Source of the DNA: Bacteroidia bacterium
GTDB taxonomy: Bacteria; Bacteroidota; Bacteroidia; M30B66
Length of the DNA: 64,000 nucleotides
Direction: 5' to 3'
NCBI GenBank assembly: GCA_965279035.1
Contig: OZ257142.1
Span: 1,312,001-1,376,000, forward strand
The notes below the pieces were generated by a model. The model was not told the DNA's origin, did not search any database, and was given only the letters and a program-made list of their open reading frames with translations. Positions 1 to 10,852 of this stretch are shown here, in pieces. The position numbers and the translations under genes are program-made. Within the stretch, counting starts at the first letter, position 1; each line of letters opens with the position of its first letter.

Positions 1-1296
1 AATGCTAATGATTTTTTCAGATTGATATTTCCTTGCTCTTTTTAAATCATCTTCATTCTTAAAAAATAGTTCCCAATGTTCCATAGAAATTAACTCCATA
101 GACATTGATGCAACTTCTGCAATTTCGGATGGCGTATTTTTAAAACCAGTAATTTCTAAGTCTTTGCTTAACCAAGAATGAAGAGCATGTCCTCCTTCGT
201 GCATCATAGTAATCATATCACGAACAGAACCAGCCGAATTCATGAATATAAAGGGTAGGGCAGAAGCATACAAAGGGTAATTATAACCTCCTGGAGCTTT
301 TCCAAGTCTTGAGTCAAGATCAAGATGCCCTTTTGAATCCATTAATTGAATTACCTCACCATAGCTTTGTTTAATTTCTCCAAAGCAGGCTATCGTTTTA
401 TCAATCAATTCTCTGCTAGTATGAAAAGGCTTTAGTGGTTCTTTATTATCAGTATCAACTTCCATATCCCAAGGATATAGTTTATCAACACCGAGTTTTA
501 TACGTCTTTCTTCTTCCCATTCTTCAATTAGTGGAACTATATATTTTTCAACTGATTGATGGAAATTTTTGCATTGCTGGGCTGTATAATCGAAACGGCC
601 CATAGCATCAAACATGTACTCACTATAATTTGAATATCCAGCATTTAATGCAACTTGATGTCTTAAAGAAAGTAATTTATCAAATAATGAATCAAGTTCT
701 TCTTGATCTTGTTTTCTGCGATTATTAATCTTCAAATAAACCTCTTCTCGTAGATTCCGATCTTTCGATTTAAGCAAATTTGCTGCTTGTTGAAAGGTCA
801 AAGTTTGACCATCAATTTGAACCGACATTGCACCCGTAATTCTGCCGTAGTCGCTTGCAAGAGTTTGGATTTCAGTTATTAATGGTAGATTTTCAGTACG
901 AAACAAATCAGCTTCTTTACGAATACTTCGAATGTAAACCGCATATTGAGGATCTTTTAGCAGATCTTCTAAATAATCGCTAGTTAAAAGCTTACGATTT
1001 AATTGATCATTAAATTCAGCAACTTGAGGTTCTATTTCTTGTATGAAAAAATTGAGGGCTGTTCTTTTTTCTTCGCTATTTGTATCGCAAGTTTGATGAA
1101 TATAACGCCAGCCAAGTTCTTCTTGAACTATTGCTTCCAAATCACTTCTATCCTTAAGCCATTTTCGTAATTCAAAAAAACTTGCAATTTCTCGGCTATG
1201 TAGATTTTCGAAAAATGGTTCAAGGTCGGCCCATGAATTAATTTTAAATTCGGATGAAACAAATAAGCTCGTATGATCTTCTCGTGAAACAGGCAT
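1..1296 (-). CDS. M3 family oligoendopeptidase F (3' end runs off window)
   Basis: Not in the ORF track. Manual translation from ATG at 1296 (MPVSREDHTSLF); in-frame HEGGH zinc motif at ~186-201; upstream GKAPGGYNYPL motif typical of M3B peptidases. Confidence 0.88.
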   Translation of the reverse strand, partial: MPVSREDHTSLFVSSEFKINSWADLEPFFENLHSREIASFFELRKWLKDRSDLEAIVQEELGWRYIHQTCDTNSEEKRTALNFFIQEIEPQVAEFNDQLNRKLLTSDYLEDLLKDPQYAVYIRSIRKEADLFRTENLPLITEIQTLASDYGRITGAMSVQIDGQTLTFQQAANLLKSKDRNLREEVYLKINNRRKQDQEELDSLFDKLLSLRHQVALNAGYSNYSEYMFDAMGRFDYTAQQCKNFHQSVEKYIVPLIEEWEEERRIKLGVDKLYPWDMEVDTDNKEPLKPFHTSRELIDKTIACFGEIKQSYGEVIQLMDSKGHLDLDSRLGKAPGGYNYPLYASALPFIFMNSAGSVRDMITMMHEGGHALHSWLSKDLEITGFKNTPSEIAEVASMSMELISMEHWELFFKNEDDLKRARKYQSEKIISI

Positions 1297-1307
1297 TTTA
1301 CTGAATT

Positions 1308-1850
1308 TTATCCACCTGTTTTTCGAACTGTTGTAGTTTTAGCCATTCCTTTCGATGAGGCTTTAGGAGAAGATGTTTTTGCGACTTCTTTTGCTTTGGG
1401 TTTTAAAACTGCTTTTTCTGATTTAGCTTTATCTACTGTAGTTTCTTCTTCTTCTTTATTTTCAGCTGCATCTATTAAAAGGCCTTTTTCAAGAAGAATT
1501 GAATACCAAACAAAAACTTTTTTCATGTCAGATGCATAAACTCTGTCTTGATCAAATTCAGGTACAAAAGAAATAAATGCATCTTTAATTTGATTGTTTG
1601 AGTCTTTTGCACTCGGAATGGCAGTGCCTGATTTTGAATCTCTGATAGATCTAAAGACTGTTTTCAATGGAATATCATCCGCAAGTCCGTAAATGCTGAT
1701 GTCTTCCAAAGCACTTACTTTACTTGTAGAATATACAGGTAATCTTTTACCATCACTAATTGATTCTACCAATAAACCGCTCTTTGTTTGAGCAATTACT
1801 TTGTATAATCCGCCCATTCCGGCAACGGATATGATGCCACTTAAATCCAT
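1308..1850 (-). CDS. DUF5606-family conserved Bacteroidota protein
   Basis: N-terminal IISVAGMGGLYK, VSALEDISIY and DRVYASDMKK motifs; Lys-rich tail. Confidence 0.75.
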   Translation of the reverse strand: MDLSGIISVAGMGGLYKVIAQTKSGLLVESISDGKRLPVYSTSKVSALEDISIYGLADDIPLKTVFRSIRDSKSGTAIPSAKDSNNQIKDAFISFVPEFDQDRVYASDMKKVFVWYSILLEKGLLIDAAENKEEEETTVDKAKSEKAVLKPKAKEVAKTSSPKASSKGMAKTTTVRKTGG

Positions 1851-1869
1851 ATTATTATTGCTTTTGATG

Positions 1870-1877
1870 CAAACGTA
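1870..1877 (-). promoter_or_regulatory. Bacteroidota -7 promoter element (TACGTTTG)
   Basis: Matches TAnnTTTG, ~20 nt upstream of the ATG at 1850. Confidence 0.6.
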
Positions 1878-1912
1878 GTTGAATTCCCTTCTTTATCAAA
1901 CAGGAAAAATGA

Positions 1913-4684
1913 TTAATGCTTAACTGCTATTCGCTTTTGAACAATTTCGTTAAGAGATTCAATCTTTAAAATGTATATCCCATCTGCTATTTCACTTGTA
2001 GAAATGCTTAAATTATTTCCTTGCCAAGAGCTTGAATAAACTATTCTTCCACTTAAATCAACAAGCATTATTTTAGAACTGGTTGATATGTTGTTATTTC
2101 TTCGAAGGAATAATATATCGGATGTTGGATTCGGGAAAATAGAATACGAATTCGTTTTCTCAGAAACAGAAAGAGGGATTCCTGTATTTAAATAAAAATC
2201 TCTTGCTGTAACTGCCGATTGAGTTAGATCTGTATAATTTCCAGCAGCTAATAATGCAAAAGCAACAATTTGTTCTTCTCCAGGCTGTATCGAAAATGGT
2301 CCTGCTGAAACTACATTTAAAATATCTGTTCCATTTCCAGCCATCCCTCCTTGATCTTGTGATGTAGAAAGGCAATAGTATTTATCTGCACTACTAAAGC
2401 CATTAAATAAATTAATACCACCTAATCCTCCTGAAATATTTTCAATAGCATGTTGACGTCCTGGTTGATCTGTTAGTACTTGTACTCCAGTGTATATACT
2501 GTCGATTGGGGCAGTATACACATAGCCAAGTTTTAAAGTTGATTGATAACCAGCTCGGTTGTTCGAATAATTAATCAAATCCCAATCTGTGAAAATCCCA
2601 GCATATACTTGATCATATGAAATATTAGAGGAGTTGTTGATTCTATATTCAAGAATTACAAATTGATCATTGGGCGCATGCTGATCTGAAATTACGCGAA
2701 CCCCTGTAACAACAGGTAAAGTAGGAGAGGGAGCTTCCATAATACCTGAATACACTTCGATTCCGGCCTGAACCATAGGTTCTATTGTGAGTCTTTGCAT
2801 TGTATTCCAGTCGGCATCATCACCAGAATTACCACGTACATTATCAAATACATTCGAATTATCTAATCCCAACATAAATCCTCCTTGGTAGAGCAAATTC
2901 TCACTATGGTTAAATTGGAATCCTAATCCAGGCAAATACGAACTACCAGTAACTCCAATTGTGCTATTTCCACCAATCGAGGTTTGAATTTGGTTATTCT
3001 GTACATTAATGAAATCAGCATTCACTGGAAAGCTAAATGTTTGCGTTTGAAGAAATCCATCGGCATTTGAATGAAGTTGAACCGTTAGCAATTCATTTAA
3101 TCCAACTCCAGCTCCAACAATAATTTTAAAAGGATCAGTTTGAATATCTAAGGTTTGTAGACTTGCTAATGGACCAATTCCTCGTGTTGGATTTAGGATT
3201 TGGAAATTCGAGTTCAGTGTTATCAATTCTAAATTAACATCCGATGCATCTGATAAGTAATTGATTAAAATACCCGACATTAAAATGGTGTCGCCGGGTA
3301 GGAAAAGACCTTGGCCAGAATCATTAATAGTTATTTCGTTGATTACTATTGAAGGATGACCGGTTTCAGATAATGATCGAAACATATTGATACGTCCATA
3401 TCCCATTTTACCTTGATAAGGAAGATTGGACGAAAGATTATCGACCTGATCGCAGGTAACTTTCAGTTGTTCACAAATTTGTTGACTAGAATAGGACGGT
3501 AAAGCAGCTCTTAAAAGTGCCGCACATCCAGCTGCCGTTGGTGATGACATTGATGTGCCTCCTGTAGATAAATAGTCTCCGTTTGACCAAGTAGATAAGA
3601 CCAAATCTCCAGGAGCAAATAAATCGACATTGTAACCATAGTTTGAAAAATCGGATTTGAAATCTTGGTTATTTGTAGAACCAACTGCCATTGTGTAAGG
3701 ATACATTGCGGGATAAAATGCAATTTCATTGCTATTATTACCTGCTCCACCAAATACAGCACAATCCTTATTAATTGCGGCATAGCGAACAACATCTGCA
3801 TTCATTTCACTAAACGTTGTTCCTCCCCAAGAGCAGTTAATCACCTTGCATCCATGATCGGCGGCATAAACAATTCCTTCATAGGCACCTGATAAGATTC
3901 CATCAACATTAGCAACTTTAACATGAATAAATCTGCAATTAAACCCCGTTCCAGCTACACCGGTTGCATTATCTGTGCTCGCTGATGATAATCCACTTAC
4001 ATGTTGTCCATGATAATTTCCATCTGATGTAGGATCATTATCATTACTACCGGTATCCCAACCCATGTAATTATCAATATATCCATCATTGTCATCATCA
4101 ATTCCATTGATAGGATCTGCATAATTTCGTTGAATATTATTGGACAAATCGGGATGGAAAGGATCATAGCCTGTATCAGTTATGCCTACAACTACTGTTG
4201 TGTCGCCATGATGTAAATCCCAAGCTGCATATGCATTAAGCCTTGTTAAAGAGTATTGTTCAGCAATGCGTGTATCATTGGGAACATAACAAAGTGATGG
4301 AATGAAATGCGGTTCAGCATATTTCACCTCAGGCATTTTCTTTAATTCATCTATAATTTTAATCAAATCGACATCTACCTGAAATGAGACTTTATAAATT
4401 CCCGTAAGATCAGCTAGTTTCTCTCCTCGTTTATTAACTAGAGTTTCAGGTTTTTTCGCATATGGAAACTTCTTAATAATCTGAATAGCAGAAACATTTT
4501 GTAAAAATTGGCTTATTCGCACAGGAATCTGATCTTCCAAATTGGCGCTTTCTTTTAAACAGAGGTTAATTTCTCCAGCAAGGTATGGGTCAGAATATCG
4601 TTTGTTCGAAATGACTTTTTCTGATTGACTATTTAGGTTCTTAAAACAGAATAGTAAAATGGAGAGTATTAGGATGTAACGCAT
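1913..4684 (-). CDS. S8 (subtilisin-like) serine peptidase, T9SS type A CTD
   Basis: Signal peptide; catalytic ITDTG, HGQHVSG and GTSMSSP; C-terminal IFPNPT...GIYILKI. Confidence 0.92.
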   Translation of the reverse strand: MRYILILSILLFCFKNLNSQSEKVISNKRYSDPYLAGEINLCLKESANLEDQIPVRISQFLQNVSAIQIIKKFPYAKKPETLVNKRGEKLADLTGIYKVSFQVDVDLIKIIDELKKMPEVKYAEPHFIPSLCYVPNDTRIAEQYSLTRLNAYAAWDLHHGDTTVVVGITDTGYDPFHPDLSNNIQRNYADPINGIDDDNDGYIDNYMGWDTGSNDNDPTSDGNYHGQHVSGLSSASTDNATGVAGTGFNCRFIHVKVANVDGILSGAYEGIVYAADHGCKVINCSWGGTTFSEMNADVVRYAAINKDCAVFGGAGNNSNEIAFYPAMYPYTMAVGSTNNQDFKSDFSNYGYNVDLFAPGDLVLSTWSNGDYLSTGGTSMSSPTAAGCAALLRAALPSYSSQQICEQLKVTCDQVDNLSSNLPYQGKMGYGRINMFRSLSETGHPSIVINEITINDSGQGLFLPGDTILMSGILINYLSDASDVNLELITLNSNFQILNPTRGIGPLASLQTLDIQTDPFKIIVGAGVGLNELLTVQLHSNADGFLQTQTFSFPVNADFINVQNNQIQTSIGGNSTIGVTGSSYLPGLGFQFNHSENLLYQGGFMLGLDNSNVFDNVRGNSGDDADWNTMQRLTIEPMVQAGIEVYSGIMEAPSPTLPVVTGVRVISDQHAPNDQFVILEYRINNSSNISYDQVYAGIFTDWDLINYSNNRAGYQSTLKLGYVYTAPIDSIYTGVQVLTDQPGRQHAIENISGGLGGINLFNGFSSADKYYCLSTSQDQGGMAGNGTDILNVVSAGPFSIQPGEEQIVAFALLAAGNYTDLTQSAVTARDFYLNTGIPLSVSEKTNSYSIFPNPTSDILFLRRNNNISTSSKIMLVDLSGRIVYSSSWQGNNLSISTSEIADGIYILKIESLNEIVQKRIAVKH

Positions 4685-4800
4685 TGAACGAAGTTCGCTA
4701 TTTAGTTATCATTCAACAAATAAAAAGAATTTCGATGGAAAATATGGCAATGAGCGCCATCATTCCGGACATATTTGTATTTTTGACAAAAAACACGACT

Positions 4801-5601
4801 ATGCTTTCAGCGAATCTTAAATTTTTACGTAAGCAAAAAGGGCAGTCTCAAGATGAAGTTTCTCAAAATTTAGCCATTAAGAGAACGACATTAAGTGGAT
4901 ATGAAAATGGCTCAGCAGAACCCAATACGGATAATTTAATTCGGATAGCTGCATTTTATAATTGCTCCATTGATGATCTCTTGAAGGTTGATTTAAGTAT
5001 TATGGGAGAATCAAGAGTTTCATCAAAAAGTTCAGTGTTGGGCCACGATTTAGCAGGAACTAGTTTAAGAATAATTGCTACTACTGTCAATCAAGAAAAC
5101 ATCGACAACATAGAGCTTGTTCCCATTCAGGCTCGTGCTGGTTATACAAATGGGTATGCTGATCCAGAATATATTCGAGTATTACCTACTTTCCAATTAC
5201 CATTTCTTTCGCCCAATAAAAAATATAGAACCTTTCCAATCATTGGAGATTCAATGCCTCCAGTTGCTGATGGATCATGGGTAACTGGAGAATACCTTCA
5301 AAACTGGAATTTTATTCGAAATGGAAATCCATACATCGTCATTACTAAAGATGAAGGGATCGTTTTTAAAATAGTATATAACCAAATTGAAGACAATGGC
5401 ACTTTATTGCTTTGTTCAACCAATCCTGCATATGAGCCATATGAAATTCATATAGATACTGTTCAGGAAATTTGGAAATTCACACATTACATAAGCTCGG
5501 AGCTTCCAGAACCCAATTTGAATAAGAATGAATTATCGAGTACCGTACTTCAATTACAAAGAGACGTGAAACGATTGCAGAATACTCTCCGAACAACATA
5601 A
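4801..5601 (+). CDS. XRE HTH + peptidase S24 (LexA/CI-like) repressor
   Basis: NLKFLRK...YENG HTH; RAGY cleavage-site motif, GDSM serine and VFK lysine; ATG at 4801 preferred over TTG at 4684. Confidence 0.85.
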   Translation: MLSANLKFLRKQKGQSQDEVSQNLAIKRTTLSGYENGSAEPNTDNLIRIAAFYNCSIDDLLKVDLSIMGESRVSSKSSVLGHDLAGTSLRIIATTVNQENIDNIELVPIQARAGYTNGYADPEYIRVLPTFQLPFLSPNKKYRTFPIIGDSMPPVADGSWVTGEYLQNWNFIRNGNPYIVITKDEGIVFKIVYNQIEDNGTLLLCSTNPAYEPYEIHIDTVQEIWKFTHYISSELPEPNLNKNELSSTVLQLQRDVKRLQNTLRTT

Positions 5602-5633
5602 AAAAAGCCGTCAGATGAATTCTGACGGCTTTT
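5600..5633. terminator. Bidirectional intrinsic terminator
   Basis: AAAAGCCGTCAGA-tgaat-TCTGACGGCTTTT between convergent genes. Confidence 0.85.
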
Positions 5634-5650
5634 GATTTTTATTAGAAGAA

Positions 5651-7882
5651 TTATTTTTGGATTACTAGACGCCCATAGGTCGTTGCTCCTTTTGCATTTG
5701 CTTGAAGAATGTATACTCCATTTGCAAAATGTTGAAGATCTAATGCTCCTATGGTTTGGTTAATTCCACCTTTGATGAATTGAGTATGAACAATTTTTCC
5801 AGCCATATCGCGAACAACCAAATTTATATCTGCTGATTTTGTTTCTAAAACAACAGTAAATAAACCAGCAGAAGGATTAGGCAAAATCATTAACTCGTTT
5901 AAGATTGCTTCCTCAAATCCAACATTAGTTGTGCTGCATGGTTCTGTTGCACCTGCAATGTATTCCATTGTTTGGAAATTAATATAGCAAGCGTATTCAG
6001 GATGATCGATGAACGGATTACGGTTCCCTTGAAGAGAATCTAGGAATTCGTTACGTGCTTTTTCATAGCTGCTTGGAGGATCTTGATAATGCCATTTTCT
6101 CAACACATTTTGATCTTGGTACCGTGTTGAAGTATTAGGCAGTCCCCAATTATGTCCACTAACACCATTATATGTTGTTGCCATATAAAATAATGCTCTA
6201 GCAGCATCTCCTTTATGTGCATCACGTGGTTCGAAAACCAATTTACCATTGGCATTCATCCCTAATTTACAATCTAAATAAGTAACACTTGGAGTTACTA
6301 CTTCGCCTAATGGGTAATCTAAACGTACTTGATTTGCATTTTCGAACTGTGCTGGAAATAAATGATGTTGATCATCATATTCAGGAAGTTCAGGATTATC
6401 TGCCGGATTTGTTGGCATCCAAGCATGACAATACGTGTGTTCGCGACTCATATATGCCCAACCAAATGGTTCAGAATAGACATAATTCTCACCCGAATAA
6501 ACACATGAAAGAACTCGCTGACCATTTGTAGTATCACGTGCTTCAAACAAGCGGACCATTGTTTCATCATAATTTCCATAAAAAATGGAAGTATGAGGAT
6601 TGATCAAAGCTTGAAGATCGCTAACAAATGTTGAATTGGCTGTGTTGATTCCAGAATAAAGAGTCCCAAAATTATTAGTAGCTGATGTAACATTAGCTGT
6701 AAGAGGGTTGCTTTGCAAGTAGTTTCGAACTACTCCTGAACCATTGTATGAGAAAACAGCAAAATAATACGTTGTATTTTCAACTACATCATTGGGATTG
6801 AATGTCCCTGAGTTTCCAACATAAACAACTTTTGCATCACCAATTGGATCTCCAGGACCGTATACTTGACCGTCAGCAGGACTAGCAGTAATTGCAGATC
6901 CTTTTTTACGAAGAACAACATATCCTTCAGCTCCTGATGAAGCACCAGTTAAAGTTGCTGTATAACGGTAGCTTTTAATATTTGAAAATGTCAGCGATGT
7001 TGCTGCAGCAGTAGGTTCAGATGCATATTGACCTCCTGTACAATTTAAGACGATAGAATAAACAGACTCATCAGCATCATTGCTGTTAATCTCCATGGTT
7101 GCATAACGTGTCCCATTGGCAGTTGGGTTAAACGAAACAACAACATTCTGAGAAGATGAACCATTAATAGTAAAAGGTGTTGAAGGCGATCCTACAGAAT
7201 AATCAGCAGCATCTGCTCCAGTAAATGAAATACTTGAAATATCTAGTGCTTCTGTTGAACCTTGGTTTTGAACAGTAAACGTAATGTTTGCTGGGGTTGA
7301 AACCGGAGTTCCAAAAGGTGCAGCTGATCCACCACTAAAGATAGTTGCGCTGTTTTGTTGAACATTGATTTCTCTATTTGGTAATACACCCAAAGTAACG
7401 CTCACATCATCAATACCAACATTACAACCTGTTACTTTATTCGCGAAATAAAAACGAACATATCGACTCGCAGAAGCTGGAGATGAAGTGTATAGCTCGT
7501 ATGCATTCGAATTTAGTGTTGTATATGTTGTTAAATCTGTCCAGTTTGTTCCATCAACAGATTCTTGAACTTTAAAAGTACCACTCCAACTAGTTGGTCC
7601 ACCACCAATCCATCCTTTCAAATAATAACTAACTGTACCCATTGGATCAGCCGTTTGAATTTGAACATATTCACCTTGAGCTGGAGCATTGTCTAATTTA
7701 CCAGCAAGTCCGGTTTGTCCAGAAGCATATGTAAAAGTTCCAGCAATGTTTGTGGACCAGCCTGTTGGCAATGAAGCCGCACTGCTGAAATTATCAAAGT
7801 TGTATGAAGTAGGCAGCGCTGCCTGAGAAAAGCCTTGAATTGAAATCAAGACACTTGCAAATGCAAGAATTAGTTTTTTCAT
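5651..7882 (-). CDS. Secreted endonuclease I (His-Me finger) with Ig/FN3-like domains and T9SS CTD
   Basis: REH, DQHHLFPA, GDAARALFYM and QGNRNPFIDHPE motifs; signal peptide; LPNPS CTD. Confidence 0.88.
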   Translation of the reverse strand: MKKLILAFASVLISIQGFSQAALPTSYNFDNFSSAASLPTGWSTNIAGTFTYASGQTGLAGKLDNAPAQGEYVQIQTADPMGTVSYYLKGWIGGGPTSWSGTFKVQESVDGTNWTDLTTYTTLNSNAYELYTSSPASASRYVRFYFANKVTGCNVGIDDVSVTLGVLPNREINVQQNSATIFSGGSAAPFGTPVSTPANITFTVQNQGSTEALDISSISFTGADAADYSVGSPSTPFTINGSSSQNVVVSFNPTANGTRYATMEINSNDADESVYSIVLNCTGGQYASEPTAAATSLTFSNIKSYRYTATLTGASSGAEGYVVLRKKGSAITASPADGQVYGPGDPIGDAKVVYVGNSGTFNPNDVVENTTYYFAVFSYNGSGVVRNYLQSNPLTANVTSATNNFGTLYSGINTANSTFVSDLQALINPHTSIFYGNYDETMVRLFEARDTTNGQRVLSCVYSGENYVYSEPFGWAYMSREHTYCHAWMPTNPADNPELPEYDDQHHLFPAQFENANQVRLDYPLGEVVTPSVTYLDCKLGMNANGKLVFEPRDAHKGDAARALFYMATTYNGVSGHNWGLPNTSTRYQDQNVLRKWHYQDPPSSYEKARNEFLDSLQGNRNPFIDHPEYACYINFQTMEYIAGATEPCSTTNVGFEEAILNELMILPNPSAGLFTVVLETKSADINLVVRDMAGKIVHTQFIKGGINQTIGALDLQHFANGVYILQANAKGATTYGRLVIQK

Positions 7883-7916
7883 TATCGATTATTTTGGGCA
7901 AAGGTTATTTAAAAAA

Positions 7917-10793
7917 TCAGAATGACACTTTTAAACCGAGATTAAATCTTCGGCCTTGTGAAATATAAGCGGAAGAAGTAGCGGCATCGAAATTCACTCC
8001 GTTAATACCATCAGTAATGTATATTCTATCAAGAATGTTGATGATACTAGCATTAAGTGTAAAATTCATTTTTGCAAACTTGAAATTATAGCCAGTATAT
8101 AAATCGAGGAAATAGTATGAAGGCATTTTCCAAGACTCATGATTGCTATTATCTTTTACTACTGCTCCAGTTCCATCTAAAACAGGAAGCAGTGTTAAAG
8201 GATCAAGATTCGCATAATTTTTATCAAAATATGTAATTCGTGCTTTTAGATAAAATCCTTTGAAAGGCTCATATCTGAAACCGCTTGCTAATTGAAATTG
8301 TGCCGCATCACCTACATGAACTCCATTAGCTTGGATTCTTAAAGTGTCTGTTAATGTTCCATTGTTGTCGAACAAATATGCATCGCCTCCTTTTTTATAC
8401 TGCCAATCTCCCCAAGAAACCAAACCTTCAAAATCGAGTTTCTTTGTAATTACAGTATTGAAATCGACTTCAAATCCAGTATGAACCGTATTCAAACCTT
8501 GAAGTTGATAGCTGTATTGATCACCTTGATAGGTGATATTCGCAAAAGATTGCGGAGGCTTATTTTGCCAATAGGTATAGTATCCATTCACATTGGCTGC
8601 AAACTTTTTACGTTTATATCCATATCCTAATTCGGCAGCATAAATATATTGTTGCTTGGCATCAGGAAATGAAATATTCGAAGTATTGGTATAAAACAAG
8701 GCATACCGAGGAGCAATGGATAAAATTCCTGCATTAATGAATACATTGTTGAATTCATTCAAATTGTAGTTTAATCCTGTTTTCAACGTATATCCAGGAA
8801 ACCATTTGAATTCATTGGTATTGTATCTCGCTTCCTTAGAATTCACGTCATAACGAGTTCCAACAAAAGTGGCAGAATCTCCTGGACTAAGCACTTCAGC
8901 TTTCACAACTCCACCATTGTTTGAGTAGTTCAAAGTATCTCCCCAACCAACTATTTCTTTAAAGGTTGAATCGCCAATGATCAAGTCTTTTTTCCTAAAA
9001 TAATCTTCTCTTTTGAAGCCTGTGTATGAGAATGAACCATTGATGAAAAAGGTAAACAATCCTTTTTTCCATTCTGCTTGAAGAAATGTGCCTGCCCATC
9101 TTACGAATCCATCATTATTATAATTGACTTTATCTCCCACACGTTGCATACGTGCTGCGAAGTTTGGATCCCCCGGAGCTAGTGGCTTAGGCGCAAGTTG
9201 ATTAGCTGAACTTATAACATAATCACCCCCAAATAAATTATTCACTTCCTGATAATGTGATCCTCGATAACTCCGTAAATCGATACCTCCTAGCAATGAA
9301 AAGCCTTTTTCATTATGGTAGTCCAAGGATGACATTAGACCATACCACATATGATTATTGACAGATGAGCGGATAAATTGATTTGATTTCGTTTCGGTTG
9401 TGCTGTATATCGGATCAATTACAGATGAATTATTTGCATACTGTTTTGTAAAATCATATTGACCATTTGTGCTATCTCTGGTAAAATTGGAATAGGAATT
9501 AAAAGCTGTTCCTCCACCTCTTCCAATCGATAAATAAGCCACTGTTGATAAAGTAAGTTTAGGTTTTATTGAATAAAAGTGACTTAAATTAAATTGTGGT
9601 TTATGGTAGTAATTGGTATTGGGATTCAGTGTTTGTTGATTCCCATTTTCATCCATATAAGAACCCCATCCAGGATTAAATCTAGGACCTCGTGGACCTT
9701 GCGTAGCCGTTGTGTAATTCGAAAATCCAGCTGATGAACTTGATTGATTTGGAGTATTATTTAAGATGGAATCTACATTCACTCCTAGTTTCTCTGCTAA
9801 TTCTCTACTGTATATTGCAACAGGAACACGTGATTGTCTTTGTCCATGAACCTGAGGTGATCCATTTGCACTCAGGGAAATGAGATGTTTCCCAAATTGT
9901 TTCTGTACTTTAATAAAGTAGGACCATGCCTCAAAATAGGTTTGATCAGTCCATCCATTTCCTTTTTTATAACTACCAGCACCAGTAATTCCCCAACCTC
10001 CTTTTAAACGACCAGTATTAAAACCTGCTGAAGTTTTGATCATCGCATTATTTCCGACTTCTTGTTTTACGAAAATATTTTTTTTGGCTTCAATTCCTTT
10101 GGTGATAATATTAATCGTTCCACCAACTGATTGAATAGCTAGTTTAGAAGCACCCAATCCGCGTTGAACTTGCATGCTTCGGGTAATATCGGATAAGCCA
10201 TCCCAATTGCTCCAGAAAACCTGTCCATTTTCCATATCATTCACAGGAACGCCATCAACCATTACAGCTACGTTCCGTTGGTCAAATCCTCGAATATTAA
10301 TTCTAGAATCTCCCATACCACCACCTTGTTCAGTTGCATAAACTCCTGGAGTAGAATTAAGAAGCATTGGTAAATCGCGAGAAGCACTTTCCTCCTGAAT
10401 ACGTTGTGCATTTAAATTCGAGAATGCAACAGGTGTTTCACGACTACGAGCAACATCAGCTATAATTTCAACTTCTTTCATCGAAGTAGATTCAAGCTTG
10501 ATAATGAACGTCTGTGTCTTATCAGCAATTTTTACTTTTTGAGATTGAGTTACAAAACCAACATAACTTATGGAAATCGTGTAATCTCCGTTTGGAAGAT
10601 CTTTGATTAAGAAATTCCCATCTAAATCGGTTACGGTTCCTTTTCCCGGTCCATAAAGCACTGAAGCGCCAATGAGCGTTTCTCCAGTATCACCGTTTTT
10701 AACAGTTCCTTTGATTGAACCTTGGGAAAATCCAAGGGAATTGGAAACAAGAATGATGAAAAGAAAAGAGATTTTCTTAAAGAAGTTTTCCAT
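7917..10793 (-). CDS. TonB-dependent receptor
   Basis: CarboxypepD-like N-domain (GETLIGASV, TDLDGNF), plug RINIRGF...DGVPVND, C-terminal Phe. Confidence 0.92.
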   Translation of the reverse strand: MENFFKKISFLFIILVSNSLGFSQGSIKGTVKNGDTGETLIGASVLYGPGKGTVTDLDGNFLIKDLPNGDYTISISYVGFVTQSQKVKIADKTQTFIIKLESTSMKEVEIIADVARSRETPVAFSNLNAQRIQEESASRDLPMLLNSTPGVYATEQGGGMGDSRINIRGFDQRNVAVMVDGVPVNDMENGQVFWSNWDGLSDITRSMQVQRGLGASKLAIQSVGGTINIITKGIEAKKNIFVKQEVGNNAMIKTSAGFNTGRLKGGWGITGAGSYKKGNGWTDQTYFEAWSYFIKVQKQFGKHLISLSANGSPQVHGQRQSRVPVAIYSRELAEKLGVNVDSILNNTPNQSSSSAGFSNYTTATQGPRGPRFNPGWGSYMDENGNQQTLNPNTNYYHKPQFNLSHFYSIKPKLTLSTVAYLSIGRGGGTAFNSYSNFTRDSTNGQYDFTKQYANNSSVIDPIYSTTETKSNQFIRSSVNNHMWYGLMSSLDYHNEKGFSLLGGIDLRSYRGSHYQEVNNLFGGDYVISSANQLAPKPLAPGDPNFAARMQRVGDKVNYNNDGFVRWAGTFLQAEWKKGLFTFFINGSFSYTGFKREDYFRKKDLIIGDSTFKEIVGWGDTLNYSNNGGVVKAEVLSPGDSATFVGTRYDVNSKEARYNTNEFKWFPGYTLKTGLNYNLNEFNNVFINAGILSIAPRYALFYTNTSNISFPDAKQQYIYAAELGYGYKRKKFAANVNGYYTYWQNKPPQSFANITYQGDQYSYQLQGLNTVHTGFEVDFNTVITKKLDFEGLVSWGDWQYKKGGDAYLFDNNGTLTDTLRIQANGVHVGDAAQFQLASGFRYEPFKGFYLKARITYFDKNYANLDPLTLLPVLDGTGAVVKDNSNHESWKMPSYYFLDLYTGYNFKFAKMNFTLNASIINILDRIYITDGINGVNFDAATSSAYISQGRRFNLGLKVSF

Positions 10794-10814
10794 AGAAAAG
10801 CTTGAGAAATGGGC

Positions 10815-10846
10815 AAAAAAAAGCTAACGGGTTAGGTTAGCTCTTT
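10815..10846 (-). terminator. Intrinsic terminator after LTD gene
   Basis: AGCTAAC/GTTAGCT stem with a U8 tract on the minus strand. Confidence 0.65.
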
Positions 10847-10852
10847 AAATAA

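Noticed and set aside
4684-5601. Prophage repressor marking a prophage
   Set aside because: No phage structural, integrase or replication genes nearby.
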